Assembly (NCBI GenBank): GCA_964016885.1
Contig: OZ024747.1
Location: 88,474,001-88,538,000, forward strand
Direction: 5' to 3'
Source of the DNA: Eledone cirrhosa
Taxonomy: Eukaryota
DNA: 64,000 bases
In this document: piece after piece, positions 30,440-45,800 of the stretch
Numbering within the stretch: position 1 is the first letter of the stretch
Layout of the letters: the number at the start of each line of letters is the position of its first letter
Notes under the pieces: model-generated
What the model was told of the DNA's origin: nothing
The model's input: only the letters and a program-made list of their open reading frames with translations
Databases searched by the model: none
Translations under genes and position numbers: made by a program

Positions 30440-30625
30440 TTTATTAATAATAATAATAATGCTTTCTTTATTAACCACAAGGGTTGACATAGAGTATAAG
30501 ATTAAGGACAGTATAGGACGGTACATGACGGTACAGGACAGTATAGGACGGTACAGGACAGTATAGGACGGTACAGGGCGGTACAAATGGGCATTTCTGC
30601 GTGTAAAGAAAAAAGCAAAACAATA
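30440..30625 (-). mobile_element. 3' end of the Tx1-type LINE family
   Basis: Reverse-complement match to 24190-24330, with an internal 10-bp GTACAGGAC(A/G) expansion. Confidence 0.8.
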
Positions 30626-30649
30626 AAATAATATTTTTTCCTGAAGTTG

Positions 30650-31135
30650 CAATAATAATTGTTTCTACTTTTGGCACAAGGCCAGCAATTACCCAGTGCA
30701 TTACTGGTACTTTATTTTATCGACCTCGTAAGAATGAAAGGCAATAATATTAATCATTATTATTATTAATCATCCTTATGGGCTCGATAAAATAAAGTAC
30801 CAGTAATGCACTGGGATAATTGCTGGCCTTGTGCCAAAAATAGAAACAATTATTAATCATAGAATTCGGAGTAAAATGATCTACCAGTAAAATACTGGGG
30901 ATCGAGATAATCGACTTTCCCTTCTCCCTCAAAATTGCTGGCCTTGTGCCTAAAGTAGTAACAATTATTATTGGTAGTATTGTTTTTGTTGTTGTTATAG
31001 CAGTGGTTTGACAGTATTGGCAATGGACCAAATGCCGGTGGGTATTTAATGACATCACTATACTTTTTGAATTCAAATCTTGCCCACCTTTCTGATTTTT
31101 CTTTCATCCTTCTGGGATCGATAAGATAAAGCATG
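30650..31135. mobile_element. Cluster of four SINE family B fragments in both orientations
   Basis: Repeated GTACCAGTAATGCACTGGG..ATTGCTGGCCTTGTGCC core. Confidence 0.75.
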
Positions 31136-31689
31136 AATCTTACAACAGGGGGGTCAATCTAAACGACCATTCTACCTATGTTAGAAATCAATGTTTCTGT
31201 TATTATAGCTGAATCGGTAAACAAAATGAAACACACCCTCACCATGTAATGTGTGGCGTTTGCTATTATTTTTATCATCGTTGTTTTCGTCATCTTTATC
31301 ATGGTCATCGTCAACACCACCTTTTCTGACCTCGTCTTCACCATCTATCATCATCATCATCATCATCATGTTTTCAGTCTTCATTGTCATCGTGCTCGCG
31401 AGAAAGTACTTAATGGTAAAGTACTAACATAATTTATAAATCACTCCTGTTATAACCATACCACATGTTTATAACCATACTACATGTTTTCCCAGACTAT
31501 GCCAACTTGACCCCATGATGATGATACAGAAAAAGACTGAATAGTCATGAATCGGAATACCATAAATCATGTCCTACAATTAGGATTAACTTAGGGTTAC
31601 ACTATAATAACAGCACTCCAAACTTTGGTTGAAGACATTTCTTTTTGCTTTTGCCATTAAAATTCCTGGTAAAACTATGAAGTACATAT

Positions 31690-32052
31690 TATTTCATTCT
31701 TCTTCTTTGCCAATTTATTCCTGAGAGGGTCGTGTGGGCAGGGTCCTCAACATTCCAGCGGTTCCTGTCAGAAGCAACCATCTCCAATTGGTCCGACTGG
31801 ATCCCCAAGCCAAGCTCATGGATGTTATTCAACCATCTTGCTCGGTGTCTACCCTTGGGTCTCCTACCTGTTGTTTTTTTTCCGTAAAATCTGTCCAGCG
31901 ATTCTTTCCTAAGACATTCTAACCACATACCCATAGTATCGGAGAAGTAGCGGCTCTACCTAGAGTGACTGATCTTCGAGGTATGCACTTTATCGAGTAA
32001 CGTTACTCCAAAGACCCTTCGGAGGAATCCCATTTCGGCCGCTTGTATTCGC
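31690..32052 (-). mobile_element. RTE-clade LINE 3' fragment
   Basis: IQAAEMGFLRRVFGVTLLDKV...GRRPKGRHRARWLNNI...ASDRNRW. Confidence 0.8.
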
Positions 32053-34079
32053 AAAAAAAAAACAAAAAAAAAACAAAAAACAAAAACAAACGAACATCTT
32101 TACTTAAAAAACAAATTATTATGTACAGTGAAAACAAACGAAAATTGACTAACTATATTGGATGAAACATACCGTAAATCAAAAAGTGAAGCTCTGGTAA
32201 GTTGTTATAATCAGGTAGCTTCGATTTTCGATTAAAATCAACCCATGCCAGTCTGATATTTTTTTTTTTTTTTTTAATAATCTCCATGGCCTCTGTAAAG
32301 CCTCAAAAAGTTGGAGAGAAAGTAAGGAAGGCACACACACAATATATATAACCTTCAGAACTGGGAAAGTTGATTGCTTTTATAACGTTAGCTTGGTGAT
32401 GGTAGTGGTGGTGGTGTTAAACATGGTGACAGAAACCAAGATCAAGTAGGATCAATCTGACGAACCCCCGAACAATTTCCGTTTATGCAATTACCATACC
32501 AAGGATTGGCTGGAACTGAGTCTAAGATAGTATGCTTTCCAGTGGCACAGTACAGTGAGGTCAAACGTGGAACAACAACATTACTAGGCAGCATTCTTGA
32601 CCATATGCCACGCTTTTGCAAAGAGCGTGCTACTCCTTTGATATATCTTACCACGATGAGATTTGTATTCTTGTTTATAAAAATGAAATCATTAATGGTA
32701 GGTCCTCCGTTGGTTTTGATAATGAGTATTCACGAGTCACGTGAAAGAGGCTAATTACTCCAAATATAAAAATCTACGTGGTATTATCTGACAAGGCTAG
32801 TCCTTTTCATTACGCGTACAATACGAGAAAAAGAAATATGCCACAAAAGTTTCTTTCGTAGAGTGCACGTACTGACTCGTTCACGTTAAGTTGTTTATGG
32901 TTGACAAAACCGTTGCATGTTAAAAAACACGTTCGAGGTTAACAAGAACGTTCAAAGGAAAACTGTATAGGTAACTAGGGTTCCCAACATTAATGAGGAT
33001 CTTCATGAATAAAATATGTTTAAGTGTAAAACATGCTAAGGTGAGAATGCGCTAAAAATGTATTGATGCATTCTGAAATGTGTATATATGCCCGTCCTTA
33101 GCCAATTGTTATGTATCATTAGTATTGTACCAGTTACAGATGAGATGGTAGACACAAACCTTAACAGTCATAAAGCTTTTTAATTCAAAAGCTAGGTAGG
33201 TGTAATTCCTTAGCTTTTCCTATCGGCTCTCCATAACATTATAGTCATTTAGGATGACTATGTCTATAACTAACGGAAAATAATCTCAAGCTCACCCTGT
33301 ACTATCTTGTAGTTTTGTACTTAAAGCATTTACGTTATATTTTGTAAATTTTGTAAGTCAGGTGGAAGTTTATATAAGTACAAGATAGATTCTTGTATTT
33401 AAAGGCACTGACATATGGTGGCTAGGCAATATCAAGAACAGTTTCGTTACGTATTGCCTGAAAATCTATTTTGTCGACGCTAGTGTAAACTAACAACTTT
33501 ACCTTCATTAATCAAAATTGCTGCGGAAACGAGAAAGTTGCTCATTTTTTCATAGAAAGGAAAATAAACTTTAGAAAAGTAGTGTAAAACATCTCGATAC
33601 AAAGTAGTGTATTGTCTTAGGAAATGTTTGACACCGGTGATATTTGTCATCTATATTATAGGAGGGATTTTAATATTTCTTTCAATAAAATAGTGGTGAT
33701 GGGCTGTATCGAATGTTATTCGAATTTGTGCATCAGCTTCAAATACTGTTTTATTCATGTATGGGGTATTCAGTTTATAAAGATTCATTGCCATGGTTGT
33801 TCCCTCAATATGCCGAATTTTTCGTGACTTTAACTGTTCAAAGTTTAAACCAATTTCATGTGAGAATATTGTTGCTGACTATAATTCATATTTGCTACCT
33901 TTTTTTAGCGTGTTGGACTTTTTGTGAAATGGAAAGGAAGGGGGTAGCATTAACAACAGCCTCCTTATATCGTGCTTTCTCGCTAAATAGTTATTTACTT
34001 TCTAGATATATACATATCTTTCATATGTGACACATTGAGTAATATGTGAAGTTTTAAATAAATTCCTTTTATTACATCG

Positions 34080-34320
34080 AACGGAATTTAATTATACTAC
34101 GCTCTACAGAGCCATAGATTATAGCTGGCACTACAAATGTGATGAAGGTTTTTTAATCGACTAAAATTGGCATTTTAAAAATTCTCCCAAGACCACCATC
34201 CACACGGAGATTTACTCTCAGCTGTGTCCAAATATATGTAAAATGCAGAACTGATAAGCTCCTGTATTATCTCTCTTCTCTGGAGATCCAAATTATTTGC
34301 TCTACCTACTTCGCTTTGTT
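34080..34320 (-). pseudogene. hAT transposase C-terminal dimerisation-domain relic
   Basis: SPCGWWSWENFKMPIL...VVPAIIYGSVERS..F (cf. P..WW...P.L...P.SS..VERSFS). Confidence 0.45.
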
Positions 34321-35315
34321 ATTAATTTCTTGGATTTTTTCAGTCTAAAAGACATCTTAATGTCTTTGCTAAACTATTTGAAAATGTTGAGGAGATTCTC
34401 AAACCAAGGAAAATTCACAGCATAACATTTTAGATTATCCATGAAAATCATATATCATGAACGGGCTTGGTCATCCCTCCTTAGTTGACGTATTCGAAAG
34501 TGTCCGTTTTTATTAGCCATATTAAAGATAACAAACACAAAATGGAATATCTCAGCAAATATTCATGTGAGACTCGAGCTTACAATCACGGCGTTGTTTT
34601 CAACTGCCAGAATTTACTGTTATTTCTTTATTGCAGTTATAATGAAATTCAATATAATTGAAATTGATATACTTAGATATGTTCTCATATACTTAGATAC
34701 GTCCAAATATGTCTTAAGTTTCTTTAGTTAATAACGTAATTGGCATGATTTATCCAATAGAATTTTTACAAAGATATTTTAAATTAAATTCGTGATTCGG
34801 AGAGAATCGTTTTCAAGAATCTTACGTTTCTAAAACCTATTATCACATTTAAAGTTGACATTTTTGTGATAAGCATTTTAACGATTGGAGAGATATTTTA
34901 CCTGTCTTATGTTGTTTTACTAGTCTTGTGCTTATATTAGAATCGATATTATCAACATCCCTAAAGACCCTTCTCCAATGCAAAGGAGCACCATATAGTT
35001 CGTATCGCCCACTCGTTAAAGCCTCGTTTTCTTACTACACCAATCAATGCCTTCTGTTGCTATATATTGAATATTGTCCACTTGATTGCATATTTGTTGT
35101 TTATTAGTTAACCTTTGTTCGTTATAAATAGCGTCTAGGTACGTCTTTCTCCAGCATCGATGGATTGATTGCCTGTATGACGTTAGAACTTTTATGACAG
35201 CTGGAAATAGTTTGTTCATTGAAATTCATTTCTTTTGTCCACCATTTCATTTGGCTCATTGTCACCGGTTTATCCTTTGTACTAGACAGACGATTATTTG
35301 TAGCTTCAAGAATTA

Positions 35316-36285
<970 letters not shown>

Positions 36286-36499
36286 TTAATAAGAGGAATT
36301 CCAACTTTGTCTGATTTACTCGTTTTATTTACAATCCTTTAAAATTTATAATGGTATTATTGCTGCCACTAACACTCAAATACAAATACGCCCTGAAACT
36401 CTCAAAACCAGACACAAGACCCTCATCATTTCTACTCAATACACAAGGTACCAGCGTTCCCATCAATACACAAAAAATGGACGGTCCAAGTCCAATTCA

Positions 36500-37200
36500 A
36501 TAAGCATTATGTTGACAACCATCCACACCACATCCGATTCTTCATCCTAACTGAGACTCATTTCGACAACTTCCATTTGAAAGCCGAAATGAACGTCAGG
36601 AATCTTACAAACTATCTGCGTGGATTGTATGTGCAGGCAGAAGAACGGAACTGTCATTTTCCTGCATTACTCTCTTACGACAGACGGAAGTAACATATTC
36701 TCTAATGGCTACTATGCACAACAAGGCACTGTGCACAACAAAGCCAATGGTTTGATGGCAGCTGGGCTCTATAGGCCACCTCAAAAGTCCATACTGTACT
36801 TCAAAGAATGCCTCAACAGCATTAAGTGTTTTATAAAACAGTGCAATTCTGGTAAAATACTAATGGCGGGAGATTCAATCTACTGTGTGTTGATTCGTCT
36901 ACAAACAGTTTCAAACTAAGTACTTCCCCTTCAACCACTGACAAAGCAGCAGTAGAGTCGCTGCTCAACTTTATGGGGGAGTGTTTTCTGTCCCAACGTG
37001 TTCTTGTACCAACAAGATAGAAAAACATTTTGGAACTAATGTTTAGTAGCCACACTAACACTATACACACAATTACAGTAGGAAATAAAACCTTCCCTCA
37101 GACCACGACAGGGTTCTCTGTAATCTGAGGTTCTACAAGCCGAAAGATTGACCATATAACCTCTCTCCAGCCTACCCATTTGAAAGCATGGATCTTTATA
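36500..37200 (+). pseudogene. Decayed CR1/L2-like APE endonuclease fragment
   Basis: LTETHFD, GLYRPP, ILMAGD, LSQRVLVPTR.KNILELMF motifs across frameshifts. Confidence 0.6.
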
Positions 37201-38220
37201 ATGCCAACTGGGATGCAGTCACTAAAGATTGTGAGTTCGGACAGGCCTTTGCGTTGTGTTCTTGTAGAAATGAGTTGCGACGTAACTGTCTCGGCCTTTG
37301 CCTTTCGCTTGGACAAGATTTGTGGCGTGGAGAGGGGAGACTGGTATGTACGAACAAATGCTGGTCTTCTACGAACAACATTGCCTGGACTTGTGTTTCG
37401 GAGGAAACTTTCTTGGATCATTCATGACCGAAGAGGGTCTTTACTCTTACCCTTTATTTACGAAATAACGTTGAGATATGTTATGTTACATAATTGTATT
37501 TATTACATTATACGTATTTCAATGACATTGTGGCTAGTTATTATGTAATGGTTAGATGAAAACTATCAGATGCGAACACATACATTAAGTGGTTATGTTG
37601 GTAGATTTACATCAGAATGTACTACTTTTTCTGTGATATATCAACATGTCAACATAATCACTTCATGTAATTGTGATACCACACTGATGCCAGTTAATGA
37701 TGAAACCAGTACATAATAGATACCGAACATGTTATTGAAATACGTATAATGTAATAAATAGAATTATGTAACATAACATCTGTCTTAACGTTATTACTTA
37801 AATGGTTTAATCGCCACCACAATTCTGGATACATACGACTGATGTGGAGTCGTTTTAAGTGCGGAAAGCGGATTATCCTCGTAACATGTTAACGTAAACT
37901 TCACAGATGAGCACACTAGACGCATCCGGGATACTTTTTTTAATCTATATTTGTGTAACTGTCTCTGTTTTGTTATGTTCCAATGTGCACTGGAATGAAC
38001 GGTATCATCCTATAAGTACCGACCGTAGTTATTTCCAGATGTTGACCGGAGAGTTGGGACTATCCCTCTTTCCGTTGTTTTATCCATTGTGCCCTCTATT
38101 CTGAATTTACACACACACACACACAAGTGTGTGTGTGTGTGCGTGCGTGTGTGTAAAAAAAACATCACAAACGGTATGGAAGGAATATATTATTTTAACA
38201 CTTGAAATAGCAGGAAGAGG

Positions 38221-38389
<169 letters not shown>

Positions 38390-38409
38390 TTTTATTAAGG
38401 CTAAATAAC

Positions 38410-38459
38410 TCTTGTCTGATGACCCCGTGGTAAACAGGCGGATCTCCAGAGTAAGAAGA
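38410..38459 (+). ncRNA. Degenerate hammerhead in a Penelope-like end (about 38385-38640)
   Basis: TCTTGT-CTGATGA...GAT(for GAAA)-CTC/GAG-TA-AGAAGA. Confidence 0.4.
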
Positions 38460-38652
38460 CTCACTATTTAGCGTTGAGTGAGTGAGTGGGGGAGTGTGAG
38501 TGTTCTTTTTTATTTAACCGAGGTAGTGGTGATACGTGGACAAAGTTCAGGCTCTAGCGTCTTCGGTCTACCATTGCAATATGCAAACCATTTCCATTTG
38601 AGATCTGTATCCATCCCAAAGATTGATTTAAAGGTGATACACACACACACAC

Positions 38653-38741
<89 letters not shown>

Positions 38742-38916
38742 CAAACATCACGGACGCTCTATCTCAAAATTATTTTTGAAAAGCATTAGAAATGCGCAAC
38801 CGGTAAAACTTAAAACCAAAACTGAATACTAACCATTACTATTACTAATTCTCACTTATTCCTAATTAAACTATTTTTCACTGTGAACAATTTGTCAGCA
38901 TTTTCTTTTCCGTTTA

Positions 38917-38973
<57 letters not shown>

Positions 38974-40022
38974 AGTGTGTGTATTCAAAGAAAGAGAAGG
39001 GGAGAGGGAGATGAGAGAGGGACAGCCACCACTACTAATAGATATAACGCTGAAATCTGACGTCAAGGAAAGCAGCAAGAAGAATACTTTAATTAGGCTG
39101 TCACTAACGGACAGGATCGATTTAATAGATTTTCTCCTTCCTCCAAAATTGTTGGCCTTGTGCCTAAATCAGAAGCAATTATTATTGTTGTTGTTTTTGT
39201 TCTTGTTCTCTTCTTCTCCAACTTATTTCTGGGAAGGTCGAGTGGACAGAGTCCATAAACACTCCTTCCAGCCGGTTCTGACAGAAGTAACCATCTCCAA
39301 TAGATACGGTTGGCTGGATCCCGAAGCGAGATCAGCCGAGCTCTTTGATGTTATATATATATATGTGTAGACATACGTAGATATACATACGTGTGTTTGT
39401 AAGAATGTGTATGTTTCAAAGAGAAACAAAGAGAGAAATTTTAGGAGACAAGATCGAACTCCACGGTAGAAATTTGGTATTTCTGTATTAACTATTAAAG
39501 TATGTGTGGTGCAGTAAATAAATATATACATATATACACCAGGTCCAAACACAAAGGAACCAAGCTACCACTATTACTGCCTTCGTCTCTCTCGCTCTCT
39601 CCATTTCTCATTATTATGAGCAAATTTCGATAAAATTAAGTACCAGTAATGCACTGAAAAAATTGCTGGCCTTGTGCCAAAAGTAGAAACAATTATTATG
39701 AGCAAATGTAACCTCACGCGGCCCCGGCGATCAGAATGGAGAAGGTGTTTCCCGGGAGGATGGTGAGGGAGACTTGAAGAGCCATTCAAGCTTGCGAAGT
39801 TGGTAATTGTCTGGAAGCATGTGTCAGATGGAAACTTGAAGCTAATTTGTTTTGCTGGTTAACTGGGAATCAATCTGGCGTAAATATTAACACTTTCATC
39901 TGGTAAGCAACAGATGTAGTTTTTGACACATTCCGCTAATTTAGTTACTCGGTTTGTGTTCGATCTGATATTGTTCTTTATGAATGCGTCCGTGCACATA
40001 CAGTAACATTATAAATAAAATA

Positions 40023-40064
<42 letters not shown>

Positions 40065-40079
40065 TATGTATATATATAC

Positions 40080-40344
<265 letters not shown>

Positions 40345-40345
40345 C

Positions 40346-40440
<95 letters not shown>

Positions 40441-40452
40441 CATATATATATA

Positions 40453-40625
40453 GTTTTAATATAGATGAGATTCTACAGGACTAGAACTGTTTCATTCTTT
40501 AGAAATCATCAGGAATCTGTCCTGTAGAATCTCATCTATATAAAAAAAACTTTTATACTCTACTATGTATTGAGTACCTTACTTACTGTGGTTACCTCCG
40601 ATTCAACCCGGAATATCTTACCTTA
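40453..40625. mobile_element. Penelope-like inverted pLTR plus tail
   Basis: IR ATAGATGAGATTCTACAGGAC / GTCCTGTAGAATCTCATCTAT around a hammerhead; tail; TA on both sides. Confidence 0.65.
40468..40518 (-). ncRNA. Type I hammerhead with 4-bp stem III
   Basis: AGATTC-CTGATGA-TTTC/GAAT-GAAACAG..CTGTA-GAATCT; U-U mismatch at the base of stem II. Confidence 0.65.
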
Positions 40626-40647
40626 TATCTATATATATCTATATATC

Positions 40648-40710
<63 letters not shown>

Positions 40711-40725
40711 ATATATGTGTGTATG

Positions 40726-40756
<31 letters not shown>

Positions 40757-40966
40757 GTGTGTGTGTGTATATATACATACATATATACATACATATATAT
40801 ATATAAAGAATGAATAATAACAGGTAGACATCATAAAAAGGTAGTTTATTCCGTGTGCTTACAAGTGTTTCCACGGTGGTACTGCAGCCTAGTTCCGCTA
40901 CGTGCAAATTCACAAGTATTTGCAGAACTCGAATTAATTAACCATCACTGCATCTTGGATAATCCT

Positions 40967-41003
<37 letters not shown>

Positions 41004-41013
41004 CATATATATA

Positions 41014-41297
41014 TATTGTTATATTTGGGGAGGGTCATATTTGCGTAATATTGCCAGAATTAATAACAGAACACACTCACTGTTTGGTTGGTTTTCGCTT
41101 CTCGCTGTCTTTTATATATATATATATCTGCGATCTAACTTTTATATATATATATATCTGCGATCTAACCAACCAAACAGTGAGTGTGTTCTGTTATTAA
41201 TTCTGGCAATATTACGCAAATATGACCCTCCCCAAATATAACAATATCTGTTTCGACACACGATTTCATATAAAAAACCTCGCAAAACTAATTCATC

Positions 41298-41301
<4 letters not shown>
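41014..41301 (+). mobile_element. Penelope-like inverted terminus plus tail, related to the 18451 family
   Basis: Perfect approx. 80-bp IR (41014-41093 / 41167-41247); tail TCTGTTTCGACACACGATTTCA. Confidence 0.65.
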
Positions 41302-41337
<36 letters not shown>

Positions 41338-41368
41338 CAATAATTATATATATAAATACATACGTATA

Positions 41369-41408
<40 letters not shown>

Positions 41409-41477
41409 CATATATATATACATATATATATATATACATATATATATACATATATATATATATACATATATATATAC

Positions 41478-41544
<67 letters not shown>

Positions 41545-41598
41545 CATACATATATATATACATATATGTGTGTGTGTGTGTATGTGTGTGTGTGTGTG

Positions 41599-41631
<33 letters not shown>

Positions 41632-41727
41632 GAATGTACCGATAGTATATTTGATAATACACAATATGTTTATTTAAAAACATTTTGAACACCATTCGCT
41701 ACGAATTTTAAAGTAGCGACTACATAT

Positions 41728-41808
41728 ATAGGTTGTCCCACGAAAATGTATACATACTTCAACAGCATTCTAATAAAATTGTGTATACATTTTTGGGGAC
41801 ACCCTGTA
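41728..41808. mobile_element. Tc1/mariner mini-MITE
   Basis: TIRs TAGGTTGTCCCACGAAAATGTATACA / TGTATACATTTTTGGGGACACCCTG, TA flanks. Confidence 0.7.
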
Positions 41809-41904
41809 TATAAATATAAATATAAATATATATATATATATACAGGGTGTCCCCAAAAATGTATACACACTTTTATATATATATATATATACGTATTATT
41901 TAAT

Positions 41905-42200
41905 ACTCTGTCAGTTACGACGACGAGTGTTCCAATTGATTCAATGAACAGAAAAGCTTACTCATGAAATTTGTCTGTAGACAGTTGAACATTCCACAGA
42001 CACGTCTACCCTTACGTAGTTCTTAAGGAAATTCAGTGTTTCATAGTATGTGACAAGACTGGCTCTTCGAATTACAAGTATAACTCATATTTACCAGCTG
42101 AGTTGACTGGAGACACGTAAAATAAAGTGTCTTGCTCAAGAACACAACGGGCTGCAGGGAAACGAAGCTTGAATACCCTAATCTATAAGCCACGCGCCTT
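41905..42200 (-). mobile_element. SINE family A
   Basis: Reverse complement GGCGCGTGGCTTATAG...TCTTGAGCAAGACACTT. Confidence 0.7.
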
Positions 42201-42212
42201 CAGATATAAACG

Positions 42213-42267
<55 letters not shown>

Positions 42268-42309
42268 ACATATATACGTGTGTGTGTGTGTGTGTGTGTC
42301 ACACACAAA

Positions 42310-42562
42310 AACAAGATGGCGTAGGACAGAACAAAGGAGAGGCACAAAAACAAAGAAAAGAATCCCCAGTCACTGAAGAGGTCACAGAATGTGTGACGAA
42401 AGAACTTTGACAATATATGAACAATCGTCTGGTTATGGAACCAACCAACCGGAAATTTATAAATTCCTAAATTTATAAATTTAATTTATAATAAATTGAA
42501 GTGAATGCAACTGGTGCCTGTGTTTCTTATTGGCAACATGACCCTCCCAAAGTATAACAATA
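42310..42562 (+). mobile_element. Penelope-like pLTR without tail
   Basis: Homologous to 18451-18710 (reverse); ends at AAAGTATAACAATA-(TA)n. Confidence 0.7.
42369..42411 (+). ncRNA. Type I hammerhead ribozyme (minimal)
   Basis: GTCA-CTGAAGA-G-GTCACA/TGTGAC-GAAA-GAAC-TT-TGAC. Confidence 0.7.
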
Positions 42563-43193
42563 TATATATATATATATACGTGTGTGTGTGCTACAGACTC
42601 ACATATACTCACATTTCAACTATTCTTCCTCTCGAACAAGAGAAACAATCAACCAGATGTCTCGTCTCACTTTTCACTGTTACTATTTCTGATACCATCT
42701 TTAAACAGTCTAACAAATTTATTGCAATTCAATTATATTATATATATACAAACAAAATTAAGTAATGGAAAAAAGGTGGAGTTAAAGAAAGCCAGATGTG
42801 GCTGTATAGGAAAAGAAAGGAAAGGACTATAATTACCATAAATGAGAAGATAAGTAGGGAAAGAGCAAGGACTATTAGGCATGAGAAGAAAGATAGGGGA
42901 AAGGGGAGAAGGTGAGAGCCTCTACGCCAAGGTCAGGGCTGTGCTAGTGTCAGTTTTAAGTATGACAATAAAGTTATTGATTCGTCTCGCACTGTTTAAC
43001 TATCCATGTATTGACTGTCATACTATTTACTAGATTTGAAGCCATTGTGTCAGGTCTTACACAGGTATCTGTCAATCGCAATCTTCGCCGAGCTGTTTTT
43101 TAAGTCAACTTAGGGAGACTATAATGAAGTTCTGAATTAGTGGTGTGGTTCTTTCAGTTGATGTTAAGAACCATCTGCAACATGTGGGAGTAC

Positions 43194-43372
43194 TAGACTT
43201 GTCTACTTTCCCCGTCCGACGGAGAGATCTCACACTCTCTCACTCACTTTGGGGTGAGTGAGAGATGTCTTCTCTTGTGAAAACGGGTATAGCTTTCATT
43301 GTCCATTTACCTCATTTCTCCCCGTTTTGGGGCACTTTTTTTCATGGTAGTCCGTTTCGGTTTTTAGACTAA
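43194..43372. mobile_element. Dispersed MITE-like repeat (also 44658-44845, 58003-58199)
   Basis: Shared GATGTCTTCTCTTGTGAAAA.GGGTATAGCTTTCAT...CCCGTTTTGGGGCACTT. Confidence 0.6.
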
Positions 43373-43720
43373 TTCAACCATTACTAAAAAGAGTGAAGTT
43401 AATACTTTTCTTCTCGGGTGAATTCGAGATCTTTGATAATTTACGACATACTTTCCACGCAATTGCCTTTTTTATTTCATTTTTTTTTAGCAGGTTACCC
43501 AAGCTCCAAGTTAGAAATTTTCAATAACTTTTTGTTGCTGTTCATATTTTGAGTTTATGCTCACTGGATCTATATGCTTTAATTGTATAAGCTCTGTTTT
43601 CCTAGTGCTGATGACTAAAGCAGCCGTTTCGTCTTCCTTGTCTACCCTTTCTAATAGTTCTTGTGTTTGATACCTCTTATAATAGACAATTCTATATGCC
43701 TGATGTAGAAACATTATAGT
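43373..43720 (-). pseudogene. RTE-clade RT fragment
   Basis: QELLERVDKE...LVISTRKT...VIENF.LGAW...KAIAWKVCRKLSKI. Confidence 0.6.
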
Positions 43721-44519
43721 TGTATAGTTGTATACTTCTAACGGACACGAGTGTATATGTATAGATGAAATAAAATAGGATGGTGCACGTTTTATATTTC
43801 CTTTGATTTAATGAAGATAAAAGAAGTTTCTTTAAATGAGGGCTTGAAACTGTCTCATTAACTATGCCCAATAAATTCTTTGCTCCTACTTTATGTAATT
43901 CACATATTATGCATAAGCATTGGCTTACTTTTTACTAATCACAAAAATAAATAACAAAAAAGCAAAAATAATAGGCGAGTTAGATGAATGGCAAGTGTGC
44001 TATTGATACCTTTTTCAAAGGATCTAGCAAACAAAAAGAAAAACAAAAAACAAATATCGCTGCAAGTGAAGTAAAATGTCTTTGAATGTGGACGTTTCTT
44101 CTGCAAAACAGCTACCTTGCCATCGTGTAAATAGTGTTGCTACATATATAAAAAGATATAATTGGTGATAGAAAAACAATGGCATAGTGTATTGAAATAA
44201 ATAACCCCCAGTATTAAATTTGGTCCCACCAGAATAGAATATCCTTTACAAATAATTAATAAAGTAAACAGTAAGATTCAAAGAAGATGGTTGTGGTTTG
44301 CGTAGGAAATTGATCGGTATAAACAGTTCAACAGTGAAATAAATTAATTGGCCTTTTTAGAACGTTAGATTTTTCCTCTTCCTCTTGACAAACCAATTTA
44401 TGACACCTTAAACCGTTTATATTGTAGATGTTAACTGACATAAACCGCCAGAGAGGATTTGTATGTATTGGAATTTTACCTGGCGGTTTCTTCCAGAGAG
44501 GGTGAAGAGAAAGGGAAAG

Positions 44520-44655
44520 AGATATAAAGGAAGAATCGATCCCAGTATTGGACTGGGAGATTTTTTATTGACTTCAAAAGGATGAAAGGCAAAGGTGACA
44601 ATAGCAGGATTTGAACTCAAAGAGCGCAGCGAGTCAGAACGAACACACAAAAACA
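44520..44655 (-). mobile_element. SINE family B
   Basis: AAGGATGAAAGGCAAAGGTGAC..GGATTTGAACTCA. Confidence 0.7.
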
Positions 44656-45399
44656 TGAGGTGGGTGAGAGATGTCTTCTCTTGTGAAAATGGGTATAGCT
44701 TTCATTATGTAAAATCTCCCCATTTTGCCACATTTCTCCCCGTTATGGGGTCCTTTTCTTCATCCTTTTGAAGTCAATAAAAAATCTCCCAGTCCAATAC
44801 TGGGATCGATTCTTCCTTTTGGGTTTTTAGGGCTTAGCAGGTTTAAATAGGTGATTCTTCATACTGGGTGGTATGTTAAAAATACTCATGAATATAAAAA
44901 CATGTAGAGAAATGAAAGGTTTTGCGTTGCATTTATCATATTAACATCATTAAAGAAACTCTCGTGCTAGATTCAGCATCACCTTTGCCTTAAGTATGTC
45001 AGAATATTTCAGAAAAAAACCTTACTTCTAGAGGAGATGCCTTAACTGCAGCTGTAGTATCTAAGGAATATGTTAATAATGATATAAGTTTTATCACAAC
45101 CAGACTTGACTTAATTATGATGTTTCTACGCTAAACGCGTCATCCCCAATGAATAACTCAATAAGTTTCATTGCTACCAAAGAGAAGAAAAGTAAAAGAT
45201 AAATTACACTTGAAAGAGAAGCTTCGTTGAAAGCAAGGCAGAATGATAGGTGTAGAAATAGCAGGGGAGGGAACATGATATATCAACAGGTCATTTATAA
45301 TGCTTAGCATATAACATAAAGGTTATAGAGTGTATTTAAAGCAAAAGAAAAAAACATGTGAAAGAATAGTTAAACTATCTGTAAGAGAATCATAATAAT

Positions 45400-45800
45400 G
45401 ATTTCTGCTATAGACAAGCAATTTGGTGGGAGAGGGGAAAGTAGATTAAATCGACCTCAGTGCATTACTGGTACTTTATTTTATCGACCCCGCAAGGATG
45501 AAAGACAAAGCTAACCTCAACGGTATTTGAACTCAGAACGTAAACTCTATGTTGCATTCTAATTTATGCGCAAGGCCAACAATTTCAGGTAAGGGGACAT
45601 TCGTTTAAAACGGCCCCAGTACTTAACTGGAACTTTATTTTATCTACACCGGAAGGAATAACGGTAACGTTGATCTTAGCGGGATTTGAACTCAGACAAC
45701 CGGAATGAATACTAGAATGTATTTCATTCGATGCACTAACGATCCTACCAATCTACTGCCCCAATAATGGTTTCTACTATAGGCCGAAGGCCAGCAATTT
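45400..45800 (-). mobile_element. Tandem SINE family B copies
   Basis: Repeated ACTGGTACTTTATTTTATCGACCC..GGAT(G)AA..TTTGAACTCAG. Confidence 0.7.

Noticed and set aside
32442-34030. Short ORFs in non-repetitive sequence
   Set aside because: Could be old transposon debris or exons, but no motif I can support
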